A stretch of DNA of 32,000 nt, taken from an uncultured Chloroflexia bacterium (GTDB lineage: Bacteria > Chloroflexota > Ktedonobacteria > Ktedonobacterales > JADMIN01). The notes below the pieces were generated by a model. The model was not told the origin of the DNA. It saw only the letters and a list, made by a program, of their open reading frames with translations, and did not search any database. The DNA is taken from contig CAVRAI010000009.1 of NCBI GenBank assembly GCA_963718915.1, forward strand, positions 60,001-92,000, in the 5' to 3' direction. This document shows, piece by piece, positions 17,293-25,830 of this stretch; positions within the stretch are counted from its first letter, which is position 1, and every line of letters begins with the position of its first letter. The position numbers were made by a program, and so were the translations under genes.

Positions 17293-17473
17293 GGTAGGTC
17301 GCCCTTTCGCAACGGGAATAGCGCCTGATCCTTCACCTATACACCTATATGACGCCAGCCGCCGCGCAAGGTTGCAGGCATTGTGGCGTGGCAGAGTTGG
17401 CTCGCTCGCTTGTCCCGCAGACGCTGTGGCGGATAGGATAGTGGCAGTCGCAGGCGAGAATTGCGGGGATACC

Positions 17474-18712
17474 ATGGGCGAAAGCATGACGGCGGAACAG
17501 GAAACGGACGAGACGCGACCGGGGCGGGGTGGGCGCCGGACAGCGGCGCAGGTGGTCTTGCTTGGCGCGTTCTTCATTGACCTCCTGCTCTATAGCCTCG
17601 TCGTCCCCTTCCTGCCGAGCGAGGCGGAGCAACTGGGCGCGACTCCAGCCATCACGGGGGCGCTCTTCGCCATGTATGCGGTGGGATTGTTCGGCGCGAC
17701 GCCGCTGGCCGCATGGCTTACTGACCGCGCTGGCCCTAGGCGGACGCTGCTCTGGGGGTTGGTGGCGCTGGGGAGCGCGACGCTGCTCTTCGCCTTCTCG
17801 CCCGCGCTCTCGCTGGGGCTGCCGGGCCTCTTCGTCGCCCGCACGGCGCAGGGAGCCGCCAGCGCGATCACCTGGACGGCTGGGCTGGCGGTGCTGGCGC
17901 AGTTATACACGGCGAAGGAGCGTCCGCGCATCTTTGCCCGCGCCTTCACCGTCACCGGGCTGGGCACGCTGATTGGCCCACCGCTCGGCGGCGCGCTCTA
18001 CTCCTGGGGCGGCTTTATGCTGCCCTTTCTCTTCGCCACCGGCCTGGTGCTGCTGGATGGCCTTGGCCGCGCCTTCCTGCTGCCCGGCGACGACCTGCTC
18101 CCCGCCACCCGGCCGGAACGTGGCGCATTGCGGACACTGCTCCGCGATAGGCGTTTCCTGCTGGGGCTGTTTGCGGCGGCGGCGGGCGCGGCGGCCATCT
18201 CATCGCTGGAGCCAGTGACACCGCTGCTGCTGGGCGGCTCGTTTGGCTTGCCCGCGTGGGCGATTGGCGCGGTCTTTGGCGTCATCTCGCTCTGCTTCGT
18301 CCTGATGCAGCCAGCGGTCAGCCGCACCGAACGCCGCCTGGGCGCGAGACTCACGATAGCGGTCGGGCTGGCAGTGACGGCAGGATGCTTTGCCGCGCTG
18401 GCGTTCGCCTCCAGCGTGTTCGTGGTGTTGGCGCTGCTGGCGGCGACGGGCTGCGCAATCTCGCTCGTGCTCATCCCCGCGCCGGAACTGCTCACTAGCA
18501 GCGGCCAGAGGCTGGCGGGGCCAAACGGCGCGGCGTATGGCGCGATCTATGCCGCCTACAACGCCGCCTACGCGCTCGGTATCCTCATTGGCCCGCTCAC
18601 CACGGGCGCCGCCGTCACCGCGCAAGGCGTGGCAGAGAGTTTTGTCTGGCTGGCGGTTATCCCGGCAATGGGCGCGCTGGCGCTGTTCCTGTTGCGGAAA
18701 CGAGCCGCATAA
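17474..18712 (+). CDS. MFS transporter
   Basis: About 12 hydrophobic spans with the MFS loop motif WLTDRAGPRRTLLWG. The start is placed at ATG 17474 (an alternative is 17486). The last three codons and the TAA stop lie inside the 39-bp direct repeat. Confidence 0.8.
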   Translation: MGESMTAEQETDETRPGRGGRRTAAQVVLLGAFFIDLLLYSLVVPFLPSEAEQLGATPAITGALFAMYAVGLFGATPLAAWLTDRAGPRRTLLWGLVALGSATLLFAFSPALSLGLPGLFVARTAQGAASAITWTAGLAVLAQLYTAKERPRIFARAFTVTGLGTLIGPPLGGALYSWGGFMLPFLFATGLVLLDGLGRAFLLPGDDLLPATRPERGALRTLLRDRRFLLGLFAAAAGAAAISSLEPVTPLLLGGSFGLPAWAIGAVFGVISLCFVLMQPAVSRTERRLGARLTIAVGLAVTAGCFAALAFASSVFVVLALLAATGCAISLVLIPAPELLTSSGQRLAGPNGAAYGAIYAAYNAAYALGILIGPLTTGAAVTAQGVAESFVWLAVIPAMGALALFLLRKRAA

Positions 18713-18738
18713 GACTGGATAGGCTACGCCGTGTGCTG
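18700..18738 (+). repeat. Direct repeat, left copy (39 bp, perfect)
   Basis: ACGAGCCGCATAAGACTGGATAGGCTACGCCGTGTGCTG. It spans the MFS stop codon and the last five codons (incl. stop) of the minus-strand 79-aa gene. Confidence 0.95.
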
Positions 18739-18963
18739 TTCATGCCGCTGTTGCTGATAGGCGGCGATAGCGTCGAGGATACCCTGCCGTTTGCGATACA
18801 CGCGAAAGAGTTCCTGACGGGCTTCCTCCAGGCGTTGGGGATCTTGCTGGCTAGCAAAAAGAGTAGCTTCTCGCATTGCTACGATCTCATTAAAGCGCTC
18901 CAGCCCAGCAATATAGCCAGCGAGTTCCTGGTCATTGGTGATAGGTGGTTGTGCGTCTTGCAT
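18724..18963 (-). CDS. 79-aa predicted helical protein, second gene of the cassette (unknown function)
   Basis: ATG at 18963 has a GGAGA SD about 10 nt upstream, 41 nt after the upstream gene's stop. The sequence MQDAQPPITNDQELAGYIAGLERFNEIVAMREATLFASQQDPQRLEEARQELFRVYRKRQGILDAIAAYQQQ is heptad-like. Confidence 0.5.
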   Translation of the reverse strand: MQDAQPPITNDQELAGYIAGLERFNEIVAMREATLFASQQDPQRLEEARQELFRVYRKRQGILDAIAAYQQQRHEQHTA

Positions 18964-19004
18964 CCGTACTCGTCTCCTACATGCAAACTCTTCACGCCAG
19001 ACAA

Positions 19005-19418
19005 CTATATCGTTAAAATCACCACTCCTCGCAGTTGTCCTATGCGGTCGGCTATAAAGAATCTCACCCATCCTTCGAGACCGAGCGGCGCCGTTTCTAC
19101 AAACACATCGAGTACAGCCAAATCCACCCCTTCCAGGCTCAGCTGTTGAAGCGTTGCTGTCTCACTAGCTCCGGTTGAAAGCAATGCCAGATCTATATCG
19201 TCAGGCTCATCCTTTCCTGAGACATAGCTACCATCAATAACAACGATCGTGCCGAGGTGCTGACGTCTCACGACATCTATGAACTGAGCAAGGGCCGAAT
19301 TGAGAACTTGCCGCTTAGCGTTCCGTGCAGGAAATGTAGCGAACACATCATTTATGTCCGTGACCTGATGCTGCCCAGGCGGTAATGTGCCATCAGGCTG
19401 CAACGGAGGCAAGGTCAT
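19005..19418 (-). CDS. Minimal nucleotidyltransferase-fold protein (MNT/DUF6932-like)
   Basis: The N-terminal G.LPPG.H motif (PDGTLPPGQHQV) and a pol-beta NTase signature (VIDGSYVSGKDEPDDIDLAL; G-S ... D-x-D) are present. The gene has lower G+C than its neighbours. Confidence 0.6.
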   Translation of the reverse strand: MTLPPLQPDGTLPPGQHQVTDINDVFATFPARNAKRQVLNSALAQFIDVVRRQHLGTIVVIDGSYVSGKDEPDDIDLALLSTGASETATLQQLSLEGVDLAVLDVFVETAPLGLEGWVRFFIADRIGQLRGVVILTI

Positions 19419-19492
19419 CTCATACCCCCACTTTTTTTCTCAAAGTATACACGCATTTCGCTTGAACCGGACTTCCTGCTGCTGTGGCGAAG

Positions 19493-19531
19493 ACGAGCCG
19501 CATAAGACTGGATAGGCTACGCCGTGTGCTG
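19493..19531 (+). repeat. Direct repeat, right copy (39 bp, perfect)
   Basis: It is identical to 18700-18738. It is preceded by TTCCTGCTGCTGTGGCGAAG, a diverged and 6-nt longer version of the MFS C-terminal coding sequence. Confidence 0.95.
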
Positions 19532-19571
19532 GTGGTTGTGCTGTAGCGCTCCATATATTCATGCGAGTGAT

Positions 19572-20489
19572 TTAGAGTTGCAGCGCCCCTTCCGCCACCG
19601 TCACGCCAGCGCCAAAAATGCTCACCTCATCATTCCGCAGGAGCACCTCGATACGACTCGGCCTGCCCAACTCATAGCCCTGTTCAATCATCACGGTCGC
19701 CTCAGGCGCTATCCTGCCATACCTCGCCAGGTAGCAGGCCAGTGGCCCCGCCGCGGTTCCAGTGGCCGGATCTTCGGCGATGCCCTCGGTGGGATTGAAG
19801 AAGCGTGTATGCGCCACAGCCGCTGGATCAACCGGATCAAGGCTGAAGAGATAGCAGCCCAGCCCGTCTACCGCGCGAAGCTGCTGGAAGAGGCGTTGCG
19901 CGTCTGGCTGAGCGCGCGTGATCGCGTCACGGCTGCGTACCGGCACGAGCAGATGTTCCGCACCTGTGGAGACCACCTGCGCGGGAAGACCCTCCACCGT
20001 CAGATCATCCGCCTCTAGAGCGAGCGCCTCGGCCAGCTTGCCCGGATCGCTGTGGATAGCGCCAAATGATGGCGCGGTCTGTCGCAAGCCGATTGCGGTT
20101 GGTCGCCACTGCGCCCCATTCGCTCCCTGCTCCGCCAGCACTTCCACAGGCAGAACATGCTCCCCAATCTCCTGATGAAAGACCGTCTGTGATCCCGCGA
20201 GCGGAAGCCGACCCGTCTCCGCCAGCCACCACCAGGTACCGAGCGCGTGATGGCCAGCCCCAGCGACCTCTACGCCTGTTGTGGTGAATGAGCGTAGGCG
20301 CCAGTCGGCCTCTGGTCTGGTTGGCGGAAGCAGGAAGACCGTCTCCGACTGATTGAACTCGCGCGCGATGCGCCGCATTGTCTCCACGCTCAACTGCTCT
20401 GCGTCAATCACCAGCGCGAGCGGATTCCCACTCAATGGCTCCCGCGCGAAAGCGTCAATCAAATAGAAACGAATCGTCTGCCCGCTCAT
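19572..20489 (-). CDS. PhzF-family isomerase (phenazine biosynthesis protein-like)
   Basis: Family hallmarks: FYLIDAFAREPLSGNPLALVIDAEQLS...MRRIAREFNQSETVFL...RSFTTTGVEVAGAGHHALG. ATG at 20489 is preferred (AAGGAG 7 nt upstream). Confidence 0.85.
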   Translation of the reverse strand: MSGQTIRFYLIDAFAREPLSGNPLALVIDAEQLSVETMRRIAREFNQSETVFLLPPTRPEADWRLRSFTTTGVEVAGAGHHALGTWWWLAETGRLPLAGSQTVFHQEIGEHVLPVEVLAEQGANGAQWRPTAIGLRQTAPSFGAIHSDPGKLAEALALEADDLTVEGLPAQVVSTGAEHLLVPVRSRDAITRAQPDAQRLFQQLRAVDGLGCYLFSLDPVDPAAVAHTRFFNPTEGIAEDPATGTAAGPLACYLARYGRIAPEATVMIEQGYELGRPSRIEVLLRNDEVSIFGAGVTVAEGALQL

Positions 20490-20695
20490 CAGTTGCTCCT
20501 TCTCCGCCATTCCTAATCTCCCGCAAGGGCAAGGAATGCGCGGGGATAGATTGGGCTTACCTGGAATGCCTCTGCCGCAGCCAGCAAGTCGTGGGAGCAA
20601 GCCCGCTCCAAGCGTACCTTACCCCGCACAGGCGGTTATCTGGCGCCGCCAGGTGAGCTAGCACTATGAGTGGTCGGTAGTGGTCGGCGCGCTGG

Positions 20696-21277
20696 TTATG
20701 ATCCCCAGTACTCACGGACGAAGCGCTGATATCCTTCAAAGATGCCGTATTCGCGCACAAGGCGAAGGATTTTCAGATGGTCACGGGCGATGGCGCGGTC
20801 TTCCTCATCTGGCAAAGTGGTGATTGACATTTGCATGAGTGCGGCGGCTTCATCACAGATAATGGTGTGGTGTATCCCAAGATAGGCTTTGGACTCGCCC
20901 CAGTTCGGTGTATTCATCCATTCGCGCATCAAACGCATGAGTTCAGCGTGGTCAGGCGCATTGGGTTCATGGAATGCCTCATCGCCAATCAGCGCGCGAT
21001 AGGCGGCGTCTACATTCTCTCCGAGAGACGATTCCAGCAGGCGCGCATGGAGCAAGAGTTCGTCGTCGATTGCCGCTTCCGCGCTTGTGCGCACTGAGTC
21101 GGCCACGCCCAGCAGTGCGAGTGCGCTTGCGGCGGCAGGCGTAATAAGCCCGGTATGCGCGTTCAACCATTCGCGTGAGAGCCGCCAAGAGCGCGTCTCA
21201 TACCACGGCAGCAGCTCTGGCGCGCTCACCTTAAAATACACGTAGCAGCCAAAGGGATCTTTCGGTTTGCCTGGCAT
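20696..21277 (-). CDS. Hypothetical protein (no family recognised); lower G+C than neighbours
   Basis: This is a 193-aa ORF with balanced, coding-like composition. It has its own near-consensus promoter upstream. Confidence 0.5.
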   Translation of the reverse strand: MPGKPKDPFGCYVYFKVSAPELLPWYETRSWRLSREWLNAHTGLITPAAASALALLGVADSVRTSAEAAIDDELLLHARLLESSLGENVDAAYRALIGDEAFHEPNAPDHAELMRLMREWMNTPNWGESKAYLGIHHTIICDEAAALMQMSITTLPDEEDRAIARDHLKILRLVREYGIFEGYQRFVREYWGS

Positions 21278-21408
21278 CTCAACGCCTCTCTTCTCACATC
21301 AAATTCCCGTACAGTCCACAGTTGAAGCGCGAAAGATTGATGCGTCGCACGAGCATGGATGAAGTCTGCCGCATGAAAAACCCGCCATAGTGTCTGACGT
21401 TGAGCCAA

Positions 21409-21437
21409 AGTATACTCTAATAACAGATGCCATGCAA
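21409..21437 (-). promoter_or_regulatory. Sigma-70-like promoter for the 20696-21277 gene
   Basis: The minus strand reads TTGCAT (21437-21432), a 17-nt spacer, then TATACT (21414-21409). This implies a leader of about 125 nt. Confidence 0.4.
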
Positions 21438-21550
21438 TACAAAACATCATGCAACCATGCGTGCTTCTTAGCCGTCCTGGCGCCTCATCTTTGTGCCCTC
21501 TGCCCTCATCGTCCTCTCATATTTCTCTGCCATAATGCTCTGGCACTCCC

Positions 21551-21579
21551 TTGACACGACTGCCAGCAGGTGATACCTT
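21551..21579 (+). promoter_or_regulatory. Promoter of the hrcA-grpE-dnaK operon
   Basis: TTGACA (21551-21556), a 17-nt spacer ending in an extended-10 TGa, then TACCTT (21574-21579). CIRCE begins 9 nt downstream. Confidence 0.5.
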
Positions 21580-21587
21580 TTTCAGTG

Positions 21588-21614
21588 TTAGCAGTCGCCA
21601 CGTGTGACTGCTAA
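21588..21614. promoter_or_regulatory. CIRCE operator (HrcA binding site), variant half-sites
   Basis: The perfect inverted repeat TTAGCAGTC-N9-GACTGCTAA lies 66 nt upstream of hrcA. The consensus is TTAGCACTC-N9-GAGTGCTAA. Confidence 0.8.
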
Positions 21615-21679
21615 CGGTCACTTTTGGCGAGTGCTCAGGTGGGCGATAGATCACGGCAGATACAGGAGAGAGCGGCACG

Positions 21680-22828
21680 ATGACACAGGAGGGCAGACTC
21701 AGCGCGCGCAGAGAGGTCGTTCTCCGCGCCCTGGTCGAGCAGTACGTGCGTACCGGCGAGCCGGTACCCTCCAAGTTCATCTCTGATCAGCTCGCCGCCA
21801 TCTTTGGTCCGGGCTACGCCTCCGCGACGATCCGTAACGAGCTGGCGGCCCTTGAAGAGGACGGCCTGATCTCGCAGCCGCATATCTCCGCCGGACGCAT
21901 CCCGACCGACCTGGGCTATCGCTACTTCGTCGAGCGACTGATGGGTGAGTCGCAACTGACCCTCGACGAGCAGCGGCTTATCCGCCACCAGTTCTATCAG
22001 GTGCAGCACCGGCTGGACGAATGGGTGCGGCTCACCGCCTCGATTCTGGCGCAGGTCTTGCAGACCGCCGCCGTCATCACGCCACCACGCGACGCCGAGG
22101 CACGGCTGAAGCACTTCGAGCTGCTCTCCCTCTACGAGAGCTTCGTCCTGATCGTGCTGGTGCTGGAGGATGGCACCGTGCGCCAGGAGCGCATCATCCT
22201 CGATAATCCCGCCAGCCAGGAAGACCTGAGCCGACTCGCCAGCCGTCTCAACGACCGCTTTCGCGGCGCCGACGCACGCACGATGGATACGCTTGCCTTC
22301 ACCGAGGGCAGCGACCTGCCCCCAGACGAGGTGTTGGTAATGGCCTCGCTGGCGCGGATGCTCGCCCAGCTAGACATCCTGACGCCCGACGCCTTCTATC
22401 ACGAGGGCATCGGCCAGTTGCTCCAGCGCGGGGAATTCACCCACGCCGACGCCGACCAGGTGCGGAAAGTGGTTGAGGCGCTGGAACAGAACCGCTTGAT
22501 GCCCGCGCTCGCGCCACAGGTGATGCAGGGTGACGGCGTGCAGATCATCATCGGCGGCGAGAATGAGGCCGATGCGCTCAAAGATATGAGCGTCGTCGTC
22601 GCGCGCTATGGCGAGCGTGGCGGCATGGGCGGGCTGCTCGGCATCGTCGGGCCAACCCGCATGCAGTATGGCCGGGCGGTCGCGGTGGTGCGTTATCTGA
22701 CGCAACTGCTCAACGACCTGCTCGCCGAAACGTATAACCCACAGGACGTCTCTGAACCTCCCGGACCGGATGAGCCGGATGGACCGACCGTACCGTATTC
22801 AGATGTTTTCCGAGGCGAGGAACCATGA
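21680..22828 (+). CDS. hrcA: Heat-inducible transcription repressor HrcA
   Basis: The N-terminus LSARREVVLRALVEQYVRTGEPVPSKFI...ASATIRNELAALEEDGLISQPHISAGRIPTDLGYRYFV is HrcA-like. AGGAGAGAG SD upstream. The stop overlaps the grpE ATG (ATGA). Confidence 0.9.
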   Translation: MTQEGRLSARREVVLRALVEQYVRTGEPVPSKFISDQLAAIFGPGYASATIRNELAALEEDGLISQPHISAGRIPTDLGYRYFVERLMGESQLTLDEQRLIRHQFYQVQHRLDEWVRLTASILAQVLQTAAVITPPRDAEARLKHFELLSLYESFVLIVLVLEDGTVRQERIILDNPASQEDLSRLASRLNDRFRGADARTMDTLAFTEGSDLPPDEVLVMASLARMLAQLDILTPDAFYHEGIGQLLQRGEFTHADADQVRKVVEALEQNRLMPALAPQVMQGDGVQIIIGGENEADALKDMSVVVARYGERGGMGGLLGIVGPTRMQYGRAVAVVRYLTQLLNDLLAETYNPQDVSEPPGPDEPDGPTVPYSDVFRGEEP

Positions 22829-23547
22829 GCCAGGACGAGCACAGCGCAGAGCCAGCCATCGAGGCCGACATCCAGCTCGACCCAGGGGCAGACGCACAGC
22901 CAGATACGCAGCCCGCGACAGCAGGCGATGGCGCCACACCAGCGGGGAGCGCCGATGACTCCAGCGCGCGTATCGCGGAACTAGAGCGTCAGCTTGCCGC
23001 CGAGCGCGACGCCGCCACCGATTACATGCAGAAGTGGCAGCGCGCCGTGGCCGACTTCACCAACTTCAGGCGGCGCGCTCAGCAGGAACAGGAGCAGCGC
23101 GACCAACTGTTTGCCGCGCAGGCGCTCACGCCCGTGCTGCATGCGCTGGATAGCTTCGAGCGCGCCTTCGCCACGCTGCCCGACTCGCTCCGCGGCTATA
23201 CCTGGATCGAAGGGGTGGCGCTGGTGGACTATCAGTTGCGGCGCGCGCTGGAGGCGCAGGGGGTTACCGAGGTAGACGCCGAGCCGGGACAGGCGCTCGA
23301 TCCGACACGCCATCAGGCGGTGGGCGAGATCGAGACCGACCAGCAACCCGACGGACAGATCGCTGTCGTGCTCCAAAAGGGCTACCAGACATCCGGCCTG
23401 CTGATACGGCCCGCGCTGGTGCAGGTGGCGCGCGCGCCAAAAGCATCCGGGGCGACGGCGGCGTCGGGGCAGATGGAGGGGGAATCGACCGCGCCAGCCA
23501 CGCCCGAAGCGCCTGAAGAGACGCAGCCATCCGGGCCTGCGCCGTGA
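22825..23547 (+). CDS. grpE: Nucleotide exchange factor GrpE
   Basis: Acidic N-terminal tail, then the coiled-coil and core: YMQKWQRAVADFTNFRRRAQQEQEQ...VLHALDSFERA...GYQTSGLLIRPALVQV. Positioned between hrcA and dnaK. Confidence 0.9.
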   Translation: MSQDEHSAEPAIEADIQLDPGADAQPDTQPATAGDGATPAGSADDSSARIAELERQLAAERDAATDYMQKWQRAVADFTNFRRRAQQEQEQRDQLFAAQALTPVLHALDSFERAFATLPDSLRGYTWIEGVALVDYQLRRALEAQGVTEVDAEPGQALDPTRHQAVGEIETDQQPDGQIAVVLQKGYQTSGLLIRPALVQVARAPKASGATAASGQMEGESTAPATPEAPEETQPSGPAP

Positions 23548-23655
23548 GTGGCTGGGTGAGTTGCGACTCACGCATAATGCCCAACGTAGACATCCATGTG
23601 CGGAAATGACCGAATCGCGAACCGTTTCGAATGTTCATGTTAAGGAGTACCAATC

Positions 23656-25560
23656 GTGGCAAAAGTGATTGGCATAGACCTGGGAACAACCAATAGCTGC
23701 GTCGCGGTGATGGAGGGCGGCGAGCCTGTCGTCATCCCCAACGCCGAGGGCAGCCGCACCACGCCGTCCGTCGTCGCCTTCACCAAGAATGGTGAGCGAC
23801 TGGTGGGCGAGGTGGCCAAACGCCAGGCCATCACCAACTCAGAAAACACCGTCTTCTCGATCAAGCGCTTCATGGGCCGCAAGTATGACGACCCCGAAGT
23901 GGACCGCGACCGCCGCCTCGTCCCCTACAAAGTGGTGCGCGCAGCCAACGGCGACGCCTGGGTAGAGGCGCAGGGCAAGCAGTATAGCCCGCCGGAAATC
24001 AGCGCGATGATCCTGCAGAAGCTGCGCACCGACGCCGAGGCGTATCTTGGCGAGAAGGTCAGCCAGGCCGTCATCACCGTCCCCGCCTACTTCAACGACG
24101 CGCAACGCCAGGCGACCAAGGACGCGGGCAAGATCGCCGGCCTCGAAGTGCTGCGCATCATCAACGAGCCGACGGCCGCCTCACTGGCCTACGGTCTCGA
24201 CAAGAAGAAGGACGAGCGTATCGCCGTCTATGACCTGGGCGGCGGCACGTTCGACATCTCGGTCCTGGAACTGGGCGAGGGCGTCTTCGAGGTGAAGGCG
24301 ACCAACGGCGACACCCACCTGGGCGGCGACGACTTCGACCAGCGCATCATCAACTGGCTCGCCGACGAGTTCCGCCGCGAGCAGGGCATCGACCTGCGCC
24401 AGGATAAGATGGCGCTGCAACGGCTGAAGGAAGCGGCGGAGAAGGCGAAGAAAGAACTCTCATCCTCGATGCAGACAGAGATCAATCTGCCGTTTATCAC
24501 GGCGGATCAGTCTGGCCCGAAGCACCTGACGATGACGCTCTCGCGCGCCAAGCTCGAGCAACTGGTGGACGACCTGGTTGACAAGTCGCGCAAGCCCTGC
24601 GAGCAGGCGATGTCTGACGCCAAGGTGTCGCCCGCGCAGATCGATGAGGTGGTGCTGGTCGGCGGTATGACCCGCATGCCGTCGGTGCAGGCGGTCGTCA
24701 AGCGCATCTTTGACAAGGAGCCAAATAAGGGCGTCAACCCGGACGAGGTGGTCGCCATCGGCGCCGCCATCCAGGCGGGCGTGCTGACCGGCGACGTGCG
24801 CGACGTGCTGCTGCTGGACGTGACGCCGCTCTCGCTCGGCATCGAGACACTCGGTGGGGTCTCCACGAAGCTGATCGAGCGCAACACAACGATTCCGACG
24901 CAGAAGAGCCAGGTCTTCTCCACCGCCAGCGATGGCCAGACGAGCGTGGAGATCAATGTGCTGCAGGGGGAGCGCGAGTTGGCGAAGGATAACCGCTCAC
25001 TGGGTCGCTTCATCCTCGATGGCATTCCCCCGGCCCCGCGTGGCGTGCCACAGGTCGAGGTGCAGTTCGATATCGACGCCAACGGTATCGTGAACGTTCG
25101 CGCGCACGATAAGGGCACGGGCCGCGAGCAGCGCATCACCATCCAGGCGTCGAGCGGCCTCTCCAAGGACGAGGTCGAGCGCATGGTGCATGACGCCGAG
25201 TCGCACGCCGAGGACGACCGCCGCCGCCGCGAGGAGGTGGAGGTGCGCAACGAGGCCGACAACGCCGCCTACACAGCAGAGAAGACCCTGCGTGACCTGG
25301 GTGACCGCATCCCCGCCGACCTGAAGAGCGACGTGGATACGAAGATCGCCGACGTGCGCGCGGCCCTGGGCACCGATGACATCGAACGCATGCGCTCCGC
25401 CAAGGACGCATTGCAGCAGGCGATGTATAAGGTCAGCGAGCAGATCTACTCGGCGGGCAGCGGTGGCAGTGGCGGCGCCAGTGGTGAGAGCCAACCCACC
25501 GATGGCGGCCCGGCTGACGACGATACGGTCGACGCGCAGTTCAAAGAGGAGCCGCAATAG
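23656..25560 (+). CDS. dnaK: Chaperone DnaK (Hsp70)
   Basis: Hsp70 signatures are present: [42 protein letters not shown] start with a TAAGGAG SD upstream. Confidence 0.97.
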   Translation: MAKVIGIDLGTTNSCVAVMEGGEPVVIPNAEGSRTTPSVVAFTKNGERLVGEVAKRQAITNSENTVFSIKRFMGRKYDDPEVDRDRRLVPYKVVRAANGDAWVEAQGKQYSPPEISAMILQKLRTDAEAYLGEKVSQAVITVPAYFNDAQRQATKDAGKIAGLEVLRIINEPTAASLAYGLDKKKDERIAVYDLGGGTFDISVLELGEGVFEVKATNGDTHLGGDDFDQRIINWLADEFRREQGIDLRQDKMALQRLKEAAEKAKKELSSSMQTEINLPFITADQSGPKHLTMTLSRAKLEQLVDDLVDKSRKPCEQAMSDAKVSPAQIDEVVLVGGMTRMPSVQAVVKRIFDKEPNKGVNPDEVVAIGAAIQAGVLTGDVRDVLLLDVTPLSLGIETLGGVSTKLIERNTTIPTQKSQVFSTASDGQTSVEINVLQGERELAKDNRSLGRFILDGIPPAPRGVPQVEVQFDIDANGIVNVRAHDKGTGREQRITIQASSGLSKDEVERMVHDAESHAEDDRRRREEVEVRNEADNAAYTAEKTLRDLGDRIPADLKSDVDTKIADVRAALGTDDIERMRSAKDALQQAMYKVSEQIYSAGSGGSGGASGESQPTDGGPADDDTVDAQFKEEPQ

Positions 25561-25830
25561 GCGGCTACCATCGGTCATCGTGGGGGCTGGAGCTGTCTAC
25601 CATCTCCGGCCTCCGCGTCGCCTGATGGGCTACGTGTTCTGGCGTACGTGACGGTTTCTCCCGCGCAGGTGCGCCAGTACGTCATTATGGCGCCTCATCT
25701 TGATGCGATACCGGGGACTTTCTGGCCGATTGAGTATCATTTGTTGCGATATGCTGTGTTATAGTAGGGTTACTTTGCGGATACCGACCAGGCGGCGCGC
25801 CTTGCGTCGCATACGGTGAAGAGGAAGCCA

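Larger units (their letters stand above)
18700..19531. mobile_element. Candidate integrated two-gene cassette (or island remnant) bounded by 39-bp direct repeats
   Basis: Perfect direct repeats flank 754 bp that are visibly AT-richer than the surroundings. A diverged surrogate of the MFS 3' end lies just inside the right repeat. No recombinase is present. Confidence 0.4.

Noticed and set aside
18724-18963. The 79-aa cassette protein as a HEPN toxin partner of the MNT-like nucleotidyltransferase (type VII TA).
   Set aside because: No Rx4-6H motif is present. The only R/H cluster is RHEQH at the extreme C-terminus, with the wrong spacing. The protein is also much shorter than typical HEPN domains. 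TA-like organisation remains possible, but not the MNT-HEPN assignment.
23548-23655. A second CIRCE or HAIR-type heat-shock operator upstream of dnaK, and likewise in the dnaK-dnaJ spacer (25561-25830).
   Set aside because: Only small generic hairpins were found, such as GTGAGT-TGCG-ACTCAC at 23555-23570. No TTAGCA...TGCTAA or CTTGAGT...ACTCAAG pair is present.
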